From an uncultured Candidatus Saccharibacteria bacterium (GTDB lineage: Bacteria > Patescibacteriota > Minisyncoccia > UBA6257 > 2-01-FULL-56-20): a stretch of DNA of 64,000 bases. Positions 35,982 through 44,910 of this stretch are shown here, piece by piece (the stretch's first letter is position 1; every line of letters begins with the position of its first letter). The notes beneath the pieces were generated by a model. It worked only from the letters and a program-made list of their open reading frames with translations, did no database searches and was not told the origin of the DNA. Both the position numbers and the translations under genes were made by a program. Location of the stretch: contig CAZYEL010000002.1 in assembly GCA_964646415.1 (NCBI GenBank), positions 8,538-72,537 on the forward strand. Reading direction: 5' to 3'.

Positions 35982-36564
35982 CTTTCAAAACAATTCCTTC
36001 AAGGTGCGTCACCACCAAATCTTTCCCGATGACCTCGCACTCCGCAAACCCGCAATCGGCGACGTCGCCTATCTCCCCTTTTTTCATGATATCCCGAAAC
36101 ACCACCTTCATGGGACCGCCGTGGAACACGACCGCGATGCACTCATACCGCACGTCTTTCGTCATCTCCCGCACCACAAGCTGCACCCGCATGCTGAACT
36201 CCGCATAGGTCTCCGCTCCCGCGACCGTGTGCATCCTGTCTTTCACAAGCTCCACAAGTTCGGGATGCAGTTGCTTCGCCTCTTCCCTCTTCATACCCGT
36301 GAGAATCCCGTACATATTCCGCTCTTTAAGATGCTGCTTCACCATGACCGCGCACCCAAGCCGCTTCGCAAGAATTTCCGCGGTTTCGCGCGCCCGGAAA
36401 AGCGGGCTCGAAAGCACCGCCTCAATTCCCTTGTCTTTGAGTTTCTCTCCCAATTCCTCCGCCTGGTTTCGCCCTAACTCGGTAAGGTGGTCGTCATAAT
36501 CGCCGCCGTAGCGGTCTTCAATGTCGCCCATCGTCTGCCCGTGCCTGATGAAAAAAATGGTCAT
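35971..36564 (-). CDS. Histidine phosphatase (phosphoglycerate mutase family)
   Basis: The RHG motif in MTIFFIRHGQT and the downstream catalytic His (VVFHGGPMK). The start is trimmed from a TTG-extended track ORF. Confidence 0.75.
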   Translation of the reverse strand: MTIFFIRHGQTMGDIEDRYGGDYDDHLTELGRNQAEELGEKLKDKGIEAVLSSPLFRARETAEILAKRLGCAVMVKQHLKERNMYGILTGMKREEAKQLHPELVELVKDRMHTVAGAETYAEFSMRVQLVVREMTKDVRYECIAVVFHGGPMKVVFRDIMKKGEIGDVADCGFAECEVIGKDLVVTHLEGIVLKDGK

Positions 36565-36565
36565 G

Positions 36566-36805
36566 TTATTTCTCCCGCACCCACTTGAACCTCGGGCGCT
36601 TCTCCCTACCCACTTCAACTTCATCCGTGAACGTCGCGAAGGGACGCACAAAAAACGGAAACTTCCCAAATTCCGTTTCTAAGTCGGGGCATTCCTGCAA
36701 CGATTTGTAGACAACCATTTTCTCCTTCGTGTCGCTGTGATGCGCTACACCAACTAATTCGTAATAACCTCCCTTGTAGTGCTGATAGATGCCTGGTTTG
36801 AGCAT
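36566..36805 (-). CDS. DUF1653 protein
   Basis: The segment GIYQHYKGGYYELVGVAHHSDTKEKMVVYKSL matches DUF1653. Confidence 0.6.
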   Translation of the reverse strand: MLKPGIYQHYKGGYYELVGVAHHSDTKEKMVVYKSLQECPDLETEFGKFPFFVRPFATFTDEVEVGREKRPRFKWVREK

Positions 36806-36812
36806 GTTTTTA

Positions 36813-37436
36813 TTATTTCCTATATTTCGCAACAAGGAAAAGAACGAGGAAGAGTGCCATAAAACCCACGGCAACATACACCCCGTAGGCGAATGCAACG
36901 CCCCCGAGGTAGAAAAACGCCAAGCTCCCCAGTGCATCCACGCTCACGCTTGCAAGCAAAAAATTCCGGAACGATATCTTTGAAAGTCCGGCGGCGTAAC
37001 TTAAGAAGTCCACGACCACCGCCGACATGAACCGGAGCGCGACAAATCCCCAAAACTGCCGCCGCACCGAAATCTTTTCCTGCCATCCGTGCAGCTCCTG
37101 AAGAGGAGCGAATTTCGCCGCAATCGGTTCCCGCCACTTTCGTGCAATAAAAAAGGCGCACACCGAGCCAAGCTCTACGCCAGCCAAGTTATACAACCAC
37201 GCCTCCTGCCATGGCAACAACGCAATACTCGCGAACGCAACCGGCGCGCCGGGAAGCGGCGCGAGCACTACACCCAAAAAACGGAACACGATGATAACGA
37301 GCGGGGCAAGCGCCGGATATTTCTTAATAATCTCCACCGCATATTGGTTATACCCGGGGAAAAATATGGGCACGAGAAAAACGACAGTGAGTAATGCTCC
37401 CGCCGTTATCCATAAAACCTTTTTCTTATTAGACAT
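36813..37436 (-). CDS. DedA / SNARE-associated (TVP38/TMEM64) family membrane protein
   Basis: Multiple transmembrane helices and the DedA core (...FRFLGVVLAPLPGAPVAFASIALLP...). The start is set at MSNKKK. Confidence 0.7.
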   Translation of the reverse strand: MSNKKKVLWITAGALLTVVFLVPIFFPGYNQYAVEIIKKYPALAPLVIIVFRFLGVVLAPLPGAPVAFASIALLPWQEAWLYNLAGVELGSVCAFFIARKWREPIAAKFAPLQELHGWQEKISVRRQFWGFVALRFMSAVVVDFLSYAAGLSKISFRNFLLASVSVDALGSLAFFYLGGVAFAYGVYVAVGFMALFLVLFLVAKYRK

Positions 37437-37887
37437 CCTTATGAGTACCCCATCCGAACTCGGAATATGGAATTTTATTCGAAAAGCTTTGAATCGCGTA
37501 CCGGATGTAGGGAATGGTGTTCTCGGGAAGATGGTCCAACGGAAACCAGTCCAAATCATCACATTTGTCCGGTTCCATATTTTTTATCTCGCCGTTCCAT
37601 TTGCTCACCGCAAAGAAGAAATCGATGCGCTCATGGTCGCCGCACCAGCGGTGCATTGTGAGCGCAAGACTCAAGTCATCGAGCGCAACCTGGACACCCA
37701 CCTCCTCCGCCGCCTCCCTCGCCATAGCTTCCCGAAATGTTTCTCCCCCTTCGGCATGTCCCGAGGGCAATCCGTAATTCCCGTCCTCATAGCCGGTCTG
37801 GAACCTTCGCGACAGTAAAATCTTCCCGTCTTTTATGAAAAGGGCGTAGATCGAAGGAATAATTTTGAAACGTTCCTTAGCTGCCAT
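37429..37887 (-). CDS. NUDIX hydrolase
   Basis: The Nudix box GHAEGGETFREAMAREAAEEVGV. Confidence 0.8.
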   Translation of the reverse strand: MAAKERFKIIPSIYALFIKDGKILLSRRFQTGYEDGNYGLPSGHAEGGETFREAMAREAAEEVGVQVALDDLSLALTMHRWCGDHERIDFFFAVSKWNGEIKNMEPDKCDDLDWFPLDHLPENTIPYIRYAIQSFSNKIPYSEFGWGTHKDV

Positions 37888-38269
37888 AAAGCTCTATCTG
37901 AATCCCATCCGGATCGCTTAAAAAGCAATACACTCCCTCACTCGCACCTGTACGCGGTTCGGATATATCCACTTTCATTTTTAGTTCTTCGTATGCGTTT
38001 CGTACATCCGCCACGGAAAAAGCGATATGCCGGATGCCTTTTATTTTCAGGTTCTTCAAATCGTCCTTCGGCTCCTTCTTATCTTCAAACTCCCAAATTT
38101 CGAGCCGCGCATTCCCAAGCTTCAAAAAAACCGCTTTCCCGCGTAGATCCGCCCGCGCAAAACGCTGCGCCTCTTCGAACCCGAAGATTTCTTTATAAAA
38201 CTGCGCCGAGCGTTCGAGGTCCTCAACGCTTATCGCAATGTGGTCGATTCCTTTTATGCTCCGTGACAT
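37877..38269 (-). CDS. VOC / glyoxalase-family protein
   Basis: Paired beta-alpha-beta-beta-beta modules with the metal ligands H and E (GIDHIAISV...GIRHIAFSV...E). Confidence 0.75.
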   Translation of the reverse strand: MSRSIKGIDHIAISVEDLERSAQFYKEIFGFEEAQRFARADLRGKAVFLKLGNARLEIWEFEDKKEPKDDLKNLKIKGIRHIAFSVADVRNAYEELKMKVDISEPRTGASEGVYCFLSDPDGIQIELYGS

Positions 38270-38335
38270 TTTTTATACCCCGTAAAATTTGCTTCGCTCA
38301 TCACGGGGCAAGCTTCTTCCCCTTTCAATAATAAG

Positions 38336-40966
38336 CTATCTTCCATGACAATGCTTATACTTTTTCGGTCGTCCATCTTCGTGTTTCGCTCCGCACGGGC
38401 ACGGCTCGTTCCTCCCCACTTTTCCGATTGAGTCCGCCGCCTGCCGGACTTTCGCGGGAATCACCGACACGTTCTCCGGTTGCTTCCCCGCAACACCCTG
38501 CCGTGCGAGCCGGAATACGTTTAGAAATATCCACGCATTGAAGTTCGCCCAGAAGCTCCTGAAAAGCCGGTGTGCTTCGTGGCGGTATTCCACAAGCGGG
38601 TCCTTTTGCGCGTAGGCACGAAGCCCGATGGACTCGTTCAATGCCTCAAGATCTTCGAGGTGGTTCATCCACAGGAGGTCGAGAATGTTGAGCATCCGGC
38701 CCAAGGTTTGCGGGTCGGCGCTCGCCTCAAGGCTCCGCTTTGCGAGTATATCCTTGAGCGTCGCATAATTCGCGATGTGCGCTTCCTCGCCCTTCTCCGC
38801 GATTCCAGCTTCCGCAAGCCCCTTCGCTACGTTCTCTTTCGCCTCGCCGGAGAAATCTCCCGCCTGCGCTTCGGGAGGAATAAGCACTTTCAAATGCCCC
38901 TCCGCTGCTTCAAAGACAAGTTTCGTAAGCTCACCTTTGTTCATGCTCTCCATAATCTCCTGCCGCCGCGCATAAACGGCGCTCCGCTGCTTGTTCAGCA
39001 CGTCGTCATACTCAAGCAAGTGTTTCCGCATGTCGAACGTCGCGCCCTCCACCTTCGCCTGCGCCTGCGCCACCGCTTTCGAAACGATTCCCGCCTCAAT
39101 CGGCTGGTCTTCCGGCAAATCAAAGCGCGTCATGAGTTTTTTAATCATCTCCCCACCAAAGACGCGGAGGAGGTCGTCTTCAAGCGAAAGGTAGAACCGA
39201 GAAGAGCCGGGGTCGCCCTGCCGCCCGGAACGGCCGCGGAGCTGGTTGTCTATGCGCCGCGCCTCATGCCGCTCGGTACCGATGACGTGGAGCCCTCCCA
39301 CCGCGCGCACTTTTTCCGCTTCCGCGGCTGAAGGAGGGTTGCCGCCAAGAATGATGTCCACGCCGCGCCCCGCCATGTTCGTCGCCACCGTCACCGCCCC
39401 GGCTCTTCCCGCCTGCGCGATTATCGCGCCTTCGCGCTCGTTGTTCTTCGCATTCAACACTTCGTGAGGCACGTGCTCACGCTCCAAGAACGCCGAGAGA
39501 AGCTCGTTTTTCGCAATTGAGGTCGTGCCCACCAGAACCGGCTGCCCCTTCTCGTGCCGCGCCTTGATTTCCTTCGCCGCCGCCATCCACCGCGTTTCGG
39601 CGGTTTTGTAAATCACGTCCGCCAAATCTTTCCGCACAAAGGGCTTGTTCGGCGGAATACTCGTCACCTCCATCCCGTACACTTTATGGAACTCCTCAGC
39701 AGACGTCTGCGCCGTTCCCGTCATGCCCGCGAGCTTCTTGTAGAGGCGGAAATAATTTTGAATCGAGATGCGTGCATAGGTTTTGGATTCCTGCTGCACG
39801 GGAACCGATTCCTTCGCCTCAATCGCCTGGTGGAGCCCGCCGCTGTAGCGCCGCCCGTGGAGCAGACGCCCCGTGAATTCGTCCACCAGCACAATCTCGC
39901 CGTTCTTGACCACGTAATCCTTGTCGCGGTGGAACAGCGCCTTCGCTTTCAAACTCTCTTCAAGATAGTGCACAAGCCGGAGATTTTGAGGCCCGTAAAG
40001 GTCACGCACGCCGAGCATCGCCTCCACTTTCTCAATACCCTCGTTTACGATGCACACCGACTTGGTTTTTTCATCCACGGTGTAGTGCGTCTCGGGCTGC
40101 AGGTCGCGCACCACGCGCGTGAACGTTTTGTAATACTCGCTCGACTCGGTGTCCGGCGCCGCGATGATAAGCGGCGTCCGCGCCTCGTCAATCAAAATGC
40201 TGTCCACCTCGTCGATAATCGCATAGTAATTGCTTCCCCGCGCGGACTGCACCTGGCCAAATAAACTGTAGGAAAGATTGTCCCGCAAATAATCGAAACC
40301 GAATTCGTGGTTCGTGCCGTACGTCACGTCCGCCAAGTACGCCTCGCGTCGCGTGATGGGACGCAGGAACTCCTGCTGCACGAGGAAACTTCCGGTTTCA
40401 TCGCGCTCCTTATCGAGCAGCTTTGATTCTCCTTCTCCCTCTTTTTTCTTTTCGGACTCCGCTGGTGCTTTATACGTAGGGTCGTAGAGATACGCCGCGT
40501 TTGGCACAAGGCATGCGACGGAGAGCCCCAAAGCTCGGTAAATCTGCCCCATCCACACGGCGTCGCGCCGCGCGAGGTATTCGTTCACCGTCACCACGTG
40601 CACGCCTTTCCCGCCAAGCGCATTCAAGTAGGCAGGCGCCACCGCTGCAAGCGTCTTCCCTTCACCCGTCATCATCTCGGCGATGCCGCCCTCATGAAGC
40701 ACCATGCCGCCCATAAGCTGCACATCGTAGGGGCGCTGCCCCAGGGTCCGCCGCGCCGCCTCGCGCGAGAGCGCAAACGCACGCGGCAGCATGTCGTCAA
40801 GCGGCGTCCCGCTCCCCGCCAGTGTTTTAAGCTTTGCACTCTCCTCGCGGAGCGCCTCGTCCGAGAGCTGCTGCACCTCCGGCTCAAGCGCGGTAATAGC
40901 CACCGCCCGTTCCCGGAAAGCGTTCAGCTTCCTTCCGCTAAAAATATTTTTTACGATGCCGAGCAT
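38336..40966 (-). CDS. secA: Preprotein translocase ATPase SecA
   Basis: The DEAD motor motifs (MTGEGKTL, DEVDSILIDEA), the preprotein cross-linking domain and the C-terminal zinc finger CPCGAKHEDGRPKKYKHCHG. Confidence 0.95.
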   Translation of the reverse strand: MLGIVKNIFSGRKLNAFRERAVAITALEPEVQQLSDEALREESAKLKTLAGSGTPLDDMLPRAFALSREAARRTLGQRPYDVQLMGGMVLHEGGIAEMMTGEGKTLAAVAPAYLNALGGKGVHVVTVNEYLARRDAVWMGQIYRALGLSVACLVPNAAYLYDPTYKAPAESEKKKEGEGESKLLDKERDETGSFLVQQEFLRPITRREAYLADVTYGTNHEFGFDYLRDNLSYSLFGQVQSARGSNYYAIIDEVDSILIDEARTPLIIAAPDTESSEYYKTFTRVVRDLQPETHYTVDEKTKSVCIVNEGIEKVEAMLGVRDLYGPQNLRLVHYLEESLKAKALFHRDKDYVVKNGEIVLVDEFTGRLLHGRRYSGGLHQAIEAKESVPVQQESKTYARISIQNYFRLYKKLAGMTGTAQTSAEEFHKVYGMEVTSIPPNKPFVRKDLADVIYKTAETRWMAAAKEIKARHEKGQPVLVGTTSIAKNELLSAFLEREHVPHEVLNAKNNEREGAIIAQAGRAGAVTVATNMAGRGVDIILGGNPPSAAEAEKVRAVGGLHVIGTERHEARRIDNQLRGRSGRQGDPGSSRFYLSLEDDLLRVFGGEMIKKLMTRFDLPEDQPIEAGIVSKAVAQAQAKVEGATFDMRKHLLEYDDVLNKQRSAVYARRQEIMESMNKGELTKLVFEAAEGHLKVLIPPEAQAGDFSGEAKENVAKGLAEAGIAEKGEEAHIANYATLKDILAKRSLEASADPQTLGRMLNILDLLWMNHLEDLEALNESIGLRAYAQKDPLVEYRHEAHRLFRSFWANFNAWIFLNVFRLARQGVAGKQPENVSVIPAKVRQAADSIGKVGRNEPCPCGAKHEDGRPKKYKHCHGR

Positions 40967-41074
40967 AGCAATAATAATAAAAACCGTGAATCCGCTCTAC
41001 CGAAGAACGCCTACAACTATACAGCGTTTAAGGTTTCTTTTCCATAACTGCGCGTCCGGATCCACTCATATGTC

Positions 41075-41114
41075 CCCCTCATTCTACCTTTCGCGCGAAA
41101 GGTAGAATGAGGGG
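41075..41114. promoter_or_regulatory. 40-bp perfect palindrome cccctcattctacctttcgc|gcgaaaggtagaatgagggg, about 110 nt upstream of secA and 30 nt downstream of the ArsR-family gene
   Basis: Read directly from the sequence. Its core TACCTTTCG-CG-CGAAAGGTA is related to the motifs at 41447..41470 and 20858..20881. Confidence 0.7.
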
Positions 41115-41142
41115 AATCAATTCTTGCTACAACGCTTATTTA

Positions 41143-41403
41143 CTACAGTAAAGCAATGATCCGCTCTACCGGAACGGACTGACTCCTGGCAAGCCAATAA
41201 TATGCCTGCGCGCTCCGCTGCTCGCGCTCCACAATGTCGCACCCACTAAGTATGCCGAGATGCTTTGAAGTTGCTTTGAGTGAAATGCGAACCTCCCGGG
41301 CAATATCTCCCACGGAGGCCTCGCCGTGATGTTTGAGGTGCTTAAGAATCGCAAGCCGCCTCCTATTGGCAAGTGCTTTTAGCGGTTTCTCCATTTCGCG
41401 CAT
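41143..41403 (-). CDS. ArsR/SmtB-family transcriptional regulator
   Basis: The winged helix-turn-helix ANRRRLAILKHLKHHGEASVGDIAREVRISLKATSKHLGIL. Confidence 0.8.
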   Translation of the reverse strand: MREMEKPLKALANRRRLAILKHLKHHGEASVGDIAREVRISLKATSKHLGILSGCDIVEREQRSAQAYYWLARSQSVPVERIIALL

Positions 41404-41446
41404 AGCAATAAAATTGCAAAAAATATCCAGTGCCTCTCTCCTATAC

Positions 41447-41470
41447 TCTACCTTTCGAGCGAAAGGTTCT
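41447..41470. promoter_or_regulatory. Palindromic motif tctacctttcgagcgaaaggttct in the promoter region of the ArsR-family gene
   Basis: Read directly from the sequence. It lies about 45-65 nt upstream of the arsR-like start. Confidence 0.6.
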
Positions 41471-41489
41471 CATAACGGGCGGCTTTTCG

Positions 41490-41834
41490 CTATCCCTGTT
41501 TTGATACTCGCCGGGGGTTATCTACAAACTTCGTCTTATATTTGGCGATTTCGACTTCAAGAACATGGTGCAAGCGGTCGATTGCGACCCGCACGTCTTC
41601 CGCGCATTCCTCCGCGCGCACAAGCTCCTTCGGCAAGCGGAGATTCGCCTCCGCGCGGAATATTACTCCTTTTTTGTGATGCTCCGTCGTCTTCGCGATT
41701 TCCACACGCAATTCAATGTCGCCTTCCGCATCAAACCGCTTCACAAACTTCTGAAGCGTCCCCAGCTTTTTCTCCACGAACGACTTTAATGCGGGAGTCC
41801 ACTCGAAACCGGTTGCTTTAAGATTGAGGTTCAT
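41490..41834 (-). CDS. hpf: Ribosome hibernation promoting factor (RaiA/HPF, short form)
   Basis: The N-terminus MNLNLKATGFEWTPALKSFVEKKL and the sigma54-modulation protein fold. Confidence 0.85.
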   Translation of the reverse strand: MNLNLKATGFEWTPALKSFVEKKLGTLQKFVKRFDAEGDIELRVEIAKTTEHHKKGVIFRAEANLRLPKELVRAEECAEDVRVAIDRLHHVLEVEIAKYKTKFVDNPRRVSKQG

Positions 41835-41878
41835 AACTATATTCTACTATACATATAAAGCCCTGCCAAAATTTCACC

Positions 41879-42805
41879 TTACAGCATCTGTACCTCCGGC
41901 TCGAGCAACACCCCGAATTTCTTTTTCACCGCACGCTGCACCCGCGCAATAAGCTTCTTTACATCTGCCGCTTTCGCGCCTCCTTTGTTCACGATGAAAT
42001 TCGGATGCTTCGTGGAAACTTCCGCGCCGCCGACGCGCGCACCTTTCATTCCGGCTTCCGAGATGAGGTACGCCGCCGGCACCACCGGGAAAGGGTCTCG
42101 CTTCACCACATGCGCAACGGCGTGAAATGCATCTTTGGGAAAATCTTTCACGTCTACGTTTTTGAAAATGCTCCCCACGTTCGGGAACTCAAGCGGATGC
42201 CGCGCCTTCCGGTACGCAATCTTCTCCGCAGTCGCCTTTTGAATCGCCCGCCGGTTATCCTTCTTCAGCCTGAACACCACTCCCGTCACAATTTCCTTTC
42301 CCCCTCTTTGTTTGAAAATACTCGAGCGATACCCGAAGCAACATTTCGCTCCCGTGCATGTTCTCTCTTGTAAACTTTGAATCCCAAGACTTCGCACTTC
42401 CAAAATAGAGTCCTTCGTTTCGCCCCCGAACGCCCCCGCATTCCCGCGGATTGCGCCGCCCACCGTTCCCGGAAGCCCGCCCGCCCATTCCAATCCCGAC
42501 AAGCCGTTTTTTGCGGCGAACGCGACAAGGCGGCGCATCGGCACTCCCGCGCCCGCATCAATACAGGTTCCTTTCACGGAAAGCGCCATGAACGCCGGGC
42601 GGACCACAAGTCCCTTGAATCCCCCGTCGTGCACGAGGAGGTTTGTGCCTCCCCCAAGCACAAAAACTTTGAGTTTTTTCTCTTTCGCAATCCGCAAAGC
42701 GCCCATAAGAACCGCAATGCTCTTCGCCTCAAAAAAATAACGGGCACGGCCGCCTATTTTGTACGCCACATGCCCGGCAAGGGAAACGTTTCTTCGAAAG
42801 CGCAT
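41879..42805 (-). CDS. murB: UDP-N-acetylenolpyruvoylglucosamine reductase
   Basis: The FAD-binding region (KIGGRARYFFEAKS...VLGGGTNLLV) and the C-terminal MurB domain. I set the start at the ATG giving MRFRRNV; the track M at 42865 is a TTG. Confidence 0.9.
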   Translation of the reverse strand: MRFRRNVSLAGHVAYKIGGRARYFFEAKSIAVLMGALRIAKEKKLKVFVLGGGTNLLVHDGGFKGLVVRPAFMALSVKGTCIDAGAGVPMRRLVAFAAKNGLSGLEWAGGLPGTVGGAIRGNAGAFGGETKDSILEVRSLGIQSLQERTCTGAKCCFGYRSSIFKQRGGKEIVTGVVFRLKKDNRRAIQKATAEKIAYRKARHPLEFPNVGSIFKNVDVKDFPKDAFHAVAHVVKRDPFPVVPAAYLISEAGMKGARVGGAEVSTKHPNFIVNKGGAKAADVKKLIARVQRAVKKKFGVLLEPEVQML

Positions 42806-43150
42806 AACATAAGGATTCCCTCCCGAAGAGCTGCAGGTGGTGACCTCTCCCGCACATCTCCGCAACGCGAAGCGTAAGGGTAGATGTGCGCAGATCCCGT
42901 TTGTCCACGATAGAGGCGTGCGGTGCTTCTATGCGGAGACAGCGGGATCACGCCAACTGTAACCGCTCGCGTTGTCGCTCGCGGACAGTTGCGGGACAAT
43001 TCTGCCCTACATGGTCGTCAGTGGTGACCTCCAATTCTGTTTGTAATGAATGAGTGCTCGCTGACGACCATGTAGGGAACAATATGTGAATGAGTGCTCG
43101 CCTGCAGCTCTTCGGGAGTAATCATTCAAAATAATACCAATTCCCTGATA
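42806..43150 (-). promoter_or_regulatory. Long structured 5' region upstream of murB
   Basis: A 17-bp perfect inverted repeat ccctacatggtcgtcag (43005..43021) / ctgacgaccatgtaggg (43061..43077). Two direct copies of gaatgagtgctcgc (43048..43061 and 43088..43101). A 9-bp inverted repeat cgcacatct/agatgtgcg at 42850..42890. No protein-coding signal. Confidence 0.45.
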
Positions 43151-43156
43151 AAAACC

Positions 43157-43185
43157 AAACCCCGCCGTGAGGCGGGGTTTGACCA
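43157..43185 (-). terminator. Rho-independent terminator (minus strand)
   Basis: The hairpin ccccgcc-gtga-ggcgggg. The minus-strand downstream run is tttggtttttatc. Confidence 0.6.
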
Positions 43186-43423
43186 AACAGATGGATGGGA
43201 CATACCTTAGTCGATATCATCGTTAAGGTATACTCACACTCATTCGGGGGTAGTGTAGCAGATATCTTTCAAAAAAGCAAGGGGGGTGGTTGGTTGTGGA
43301 AGCGAGTCGGGATAATCGTCGTCGGTCTATGGGGAACACACTCTCAACAACAAAACTCAAACCTGTATTCCAACTTTATAACCAAAGTCCATTTGCCATA
43401 CTCGCCTCTATAGCCTTCAACTT

Positions 43424-44023
43424 TTAGCCAGTCCGGCGGAACACCCAAAACTTGTAGCCAAAAAAGTTCCACAGGAACGACGCGGCAACGCCGCAAAGCC
43501 CGCCGACGTTCAGCCATAACTCGGGCGAAATGCCCGGATGAGAAACAAAATTCACCACAAACGAAACCGCCCCCACATTAAGCCCCCATCCAATAAACGA
43601 GATGAAATAGAACTTAAACGCTTCCCCCGCCTTCGGGCGTTCATGCGCTCCGAACGTCCAAAATTTGTTCCAAAAAAAGCTGTTGGTCGTCGCTCCCACG
43701 AAAGCGACAGTTGCAAATACCGGAATGAGCGCGCCGGACGTTACATGGAAAAGGAGTGACTGCAGATTCAAAAGTCCGAAACTGATGAGCGTGTTCAGCG
43801 TCCCCACCGCGCCGAACTTCGCGAACTGGTAGAGCGCGGGAACAAGCTTCCCCAGGAGATACGCCACAAAGAGCGCGAACGGGGCGAACACCAGGCACCC
43901 AAACACAACCCCCGCGCGGAGCACGGGGGTTATCTCTTGCGCCACGTTTGTCAAAACGGGCTGGGCAAGAAAACCTATCGCAAGGCCGATGATGGTTACT
44001 ATCGCAAAATCCCATCTATTCAT
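43424..44023 (-). CDS. GtrA-family membrane protein
   Basis: The segment KFGAVGTLNTLISFGLLNL...NSFFWNKFWTF matches the GtrA-like pattern. Confidence 0.7.
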   Translation of the reverse strand: MNRWDFAIVTIIGLAIGFLAQPVLTNVAQEITPVLRAGVVFGCLVFAPFALFVAYLLGKLVPALYQFAKFGAVGTLNTLISFGLLNLQSLLFHVTSGALIPVFATVAFVGATTNSFFWNKFWTFGAHERPKAGEAFKFYFISFIGWGLNVGAVSFVVNFVSHPGISPELWLNVGGLCGVAASFLWNFFGYKFWVFRRTG

Positions 44024-44066
44024 TTTGGTTGACTTCTGCGTCAGTCCGCGTCCGTCTGCGCTATGA

Positions 44067-44834
44067 CTAGCGAATTTCGTAGGTGACGTTCACGCTCAAC
44101 TTCACTTCGCTTGTTCCTGGCTGAATGGTCGGTGCCACCGGCGCCGATGCGCCGCCCATTCCAAGACCGAACTTTTCGGCAGAAGCCATCATGTAAGGAA
44201 TCGGGCCTTGCTGGTACTCCGACGCGGTAATCACCCCTCCCAACACCACTCCCGCTTCTCCCGCTATCTCACGCGCCTTCGCTTCCGCCTTCCTGAACGC
44301 ATCCTTGCGCGCCTGGCTCAAGTACTGCTCCGGGTTATCAATGGTGAAGTTCACGCCTCCGATTTGGTTCACTCCAAGCGGCGTGAGCCCCGCAATAACC
44401 GTAGCCACTTTTTCGAGCTTCCGTACTTTAATAGTCAAGGTCTGCGTAAGCGTGTACCCGGTGATGAAATTCCTCTGCGTTGTGCGGTCATACTGGTAAT
44501 TCGGCTGGAGCGAGTACGAAGTGGTCTTCATGTCCGCCTCCGCAATTTCCAGGCCCTTCACGAACTTCGCCACCGCATTCATCTTCTGATTGTTGCTGTC
44601 GGAAAGTTCGTCCGGATTTTTCCCCTGCGAAATCACGGAAAACGACAATTCCGCAATGTCCGGCGCGGCGAGCGTCTTTCCCTCCGCGGAAACCGCAATC
44701 GTGCGGACCGGCACGAACGACCTCCCCCACTTCCCCACCGCGGGCATCGCAAAAAACACCGCGCACACGACCCACACCACCAGAAGCACATCAAGCAATA
44801 TCCAGAAATACAACTTTGCTCTTGTTTCGTGCAT
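44067..44834 (-). CDS. SIMPL-domain (DUF541) periplasmic protein
   Basis: A transmembrane/signal anchor followed by the SIMPL domain (...GYTLTQTLTIKVRKLEKV...). Confidence 0.7.
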   Translation of the reverse strand: MHETRAKLYFWILLDVLLVVWVVCAVFFAMPAVGKWGRSFVPVRTIAVSAEGKTLAAPDIAELSFSVISQGKNPDELSDSNNQKMNAVAKFVKGLEIAEADMKTTSYSLQPNYQYDRTTQRNFITGYTLTQTLTIKVRKLEKVATVIAGLTPLGVNQIGGVNFTIDNPEQYLSQARKDAFRKAEAKAREIAGEAGVVLGGVITASEYQQGPIPYMMASAEKFGLGMGGASAPVAPTIQPGTSEVKLSVNVTYEIR

Positions 44835-44910
44835 ATCAATAGCTTATAGCGAATTGCAAATAGCGCATCGCGATAACATTAATGACTTAATAACTGATGA
44901 CCTTTATTTA

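Noticed and set aside
43195-43413. The 72-aa plus-strand ORF in the 240-nt gap between the 43157..43185 terminator and the GtrA-like gene
   Set aside because: No motif, odd composition and no ribosome-binding site. The gap may instead be a 3' UTR or small RNA on the minus strand ending at the terminator. I could not match it to tmRNA, SRP RNA or RNase P consensus by eye.
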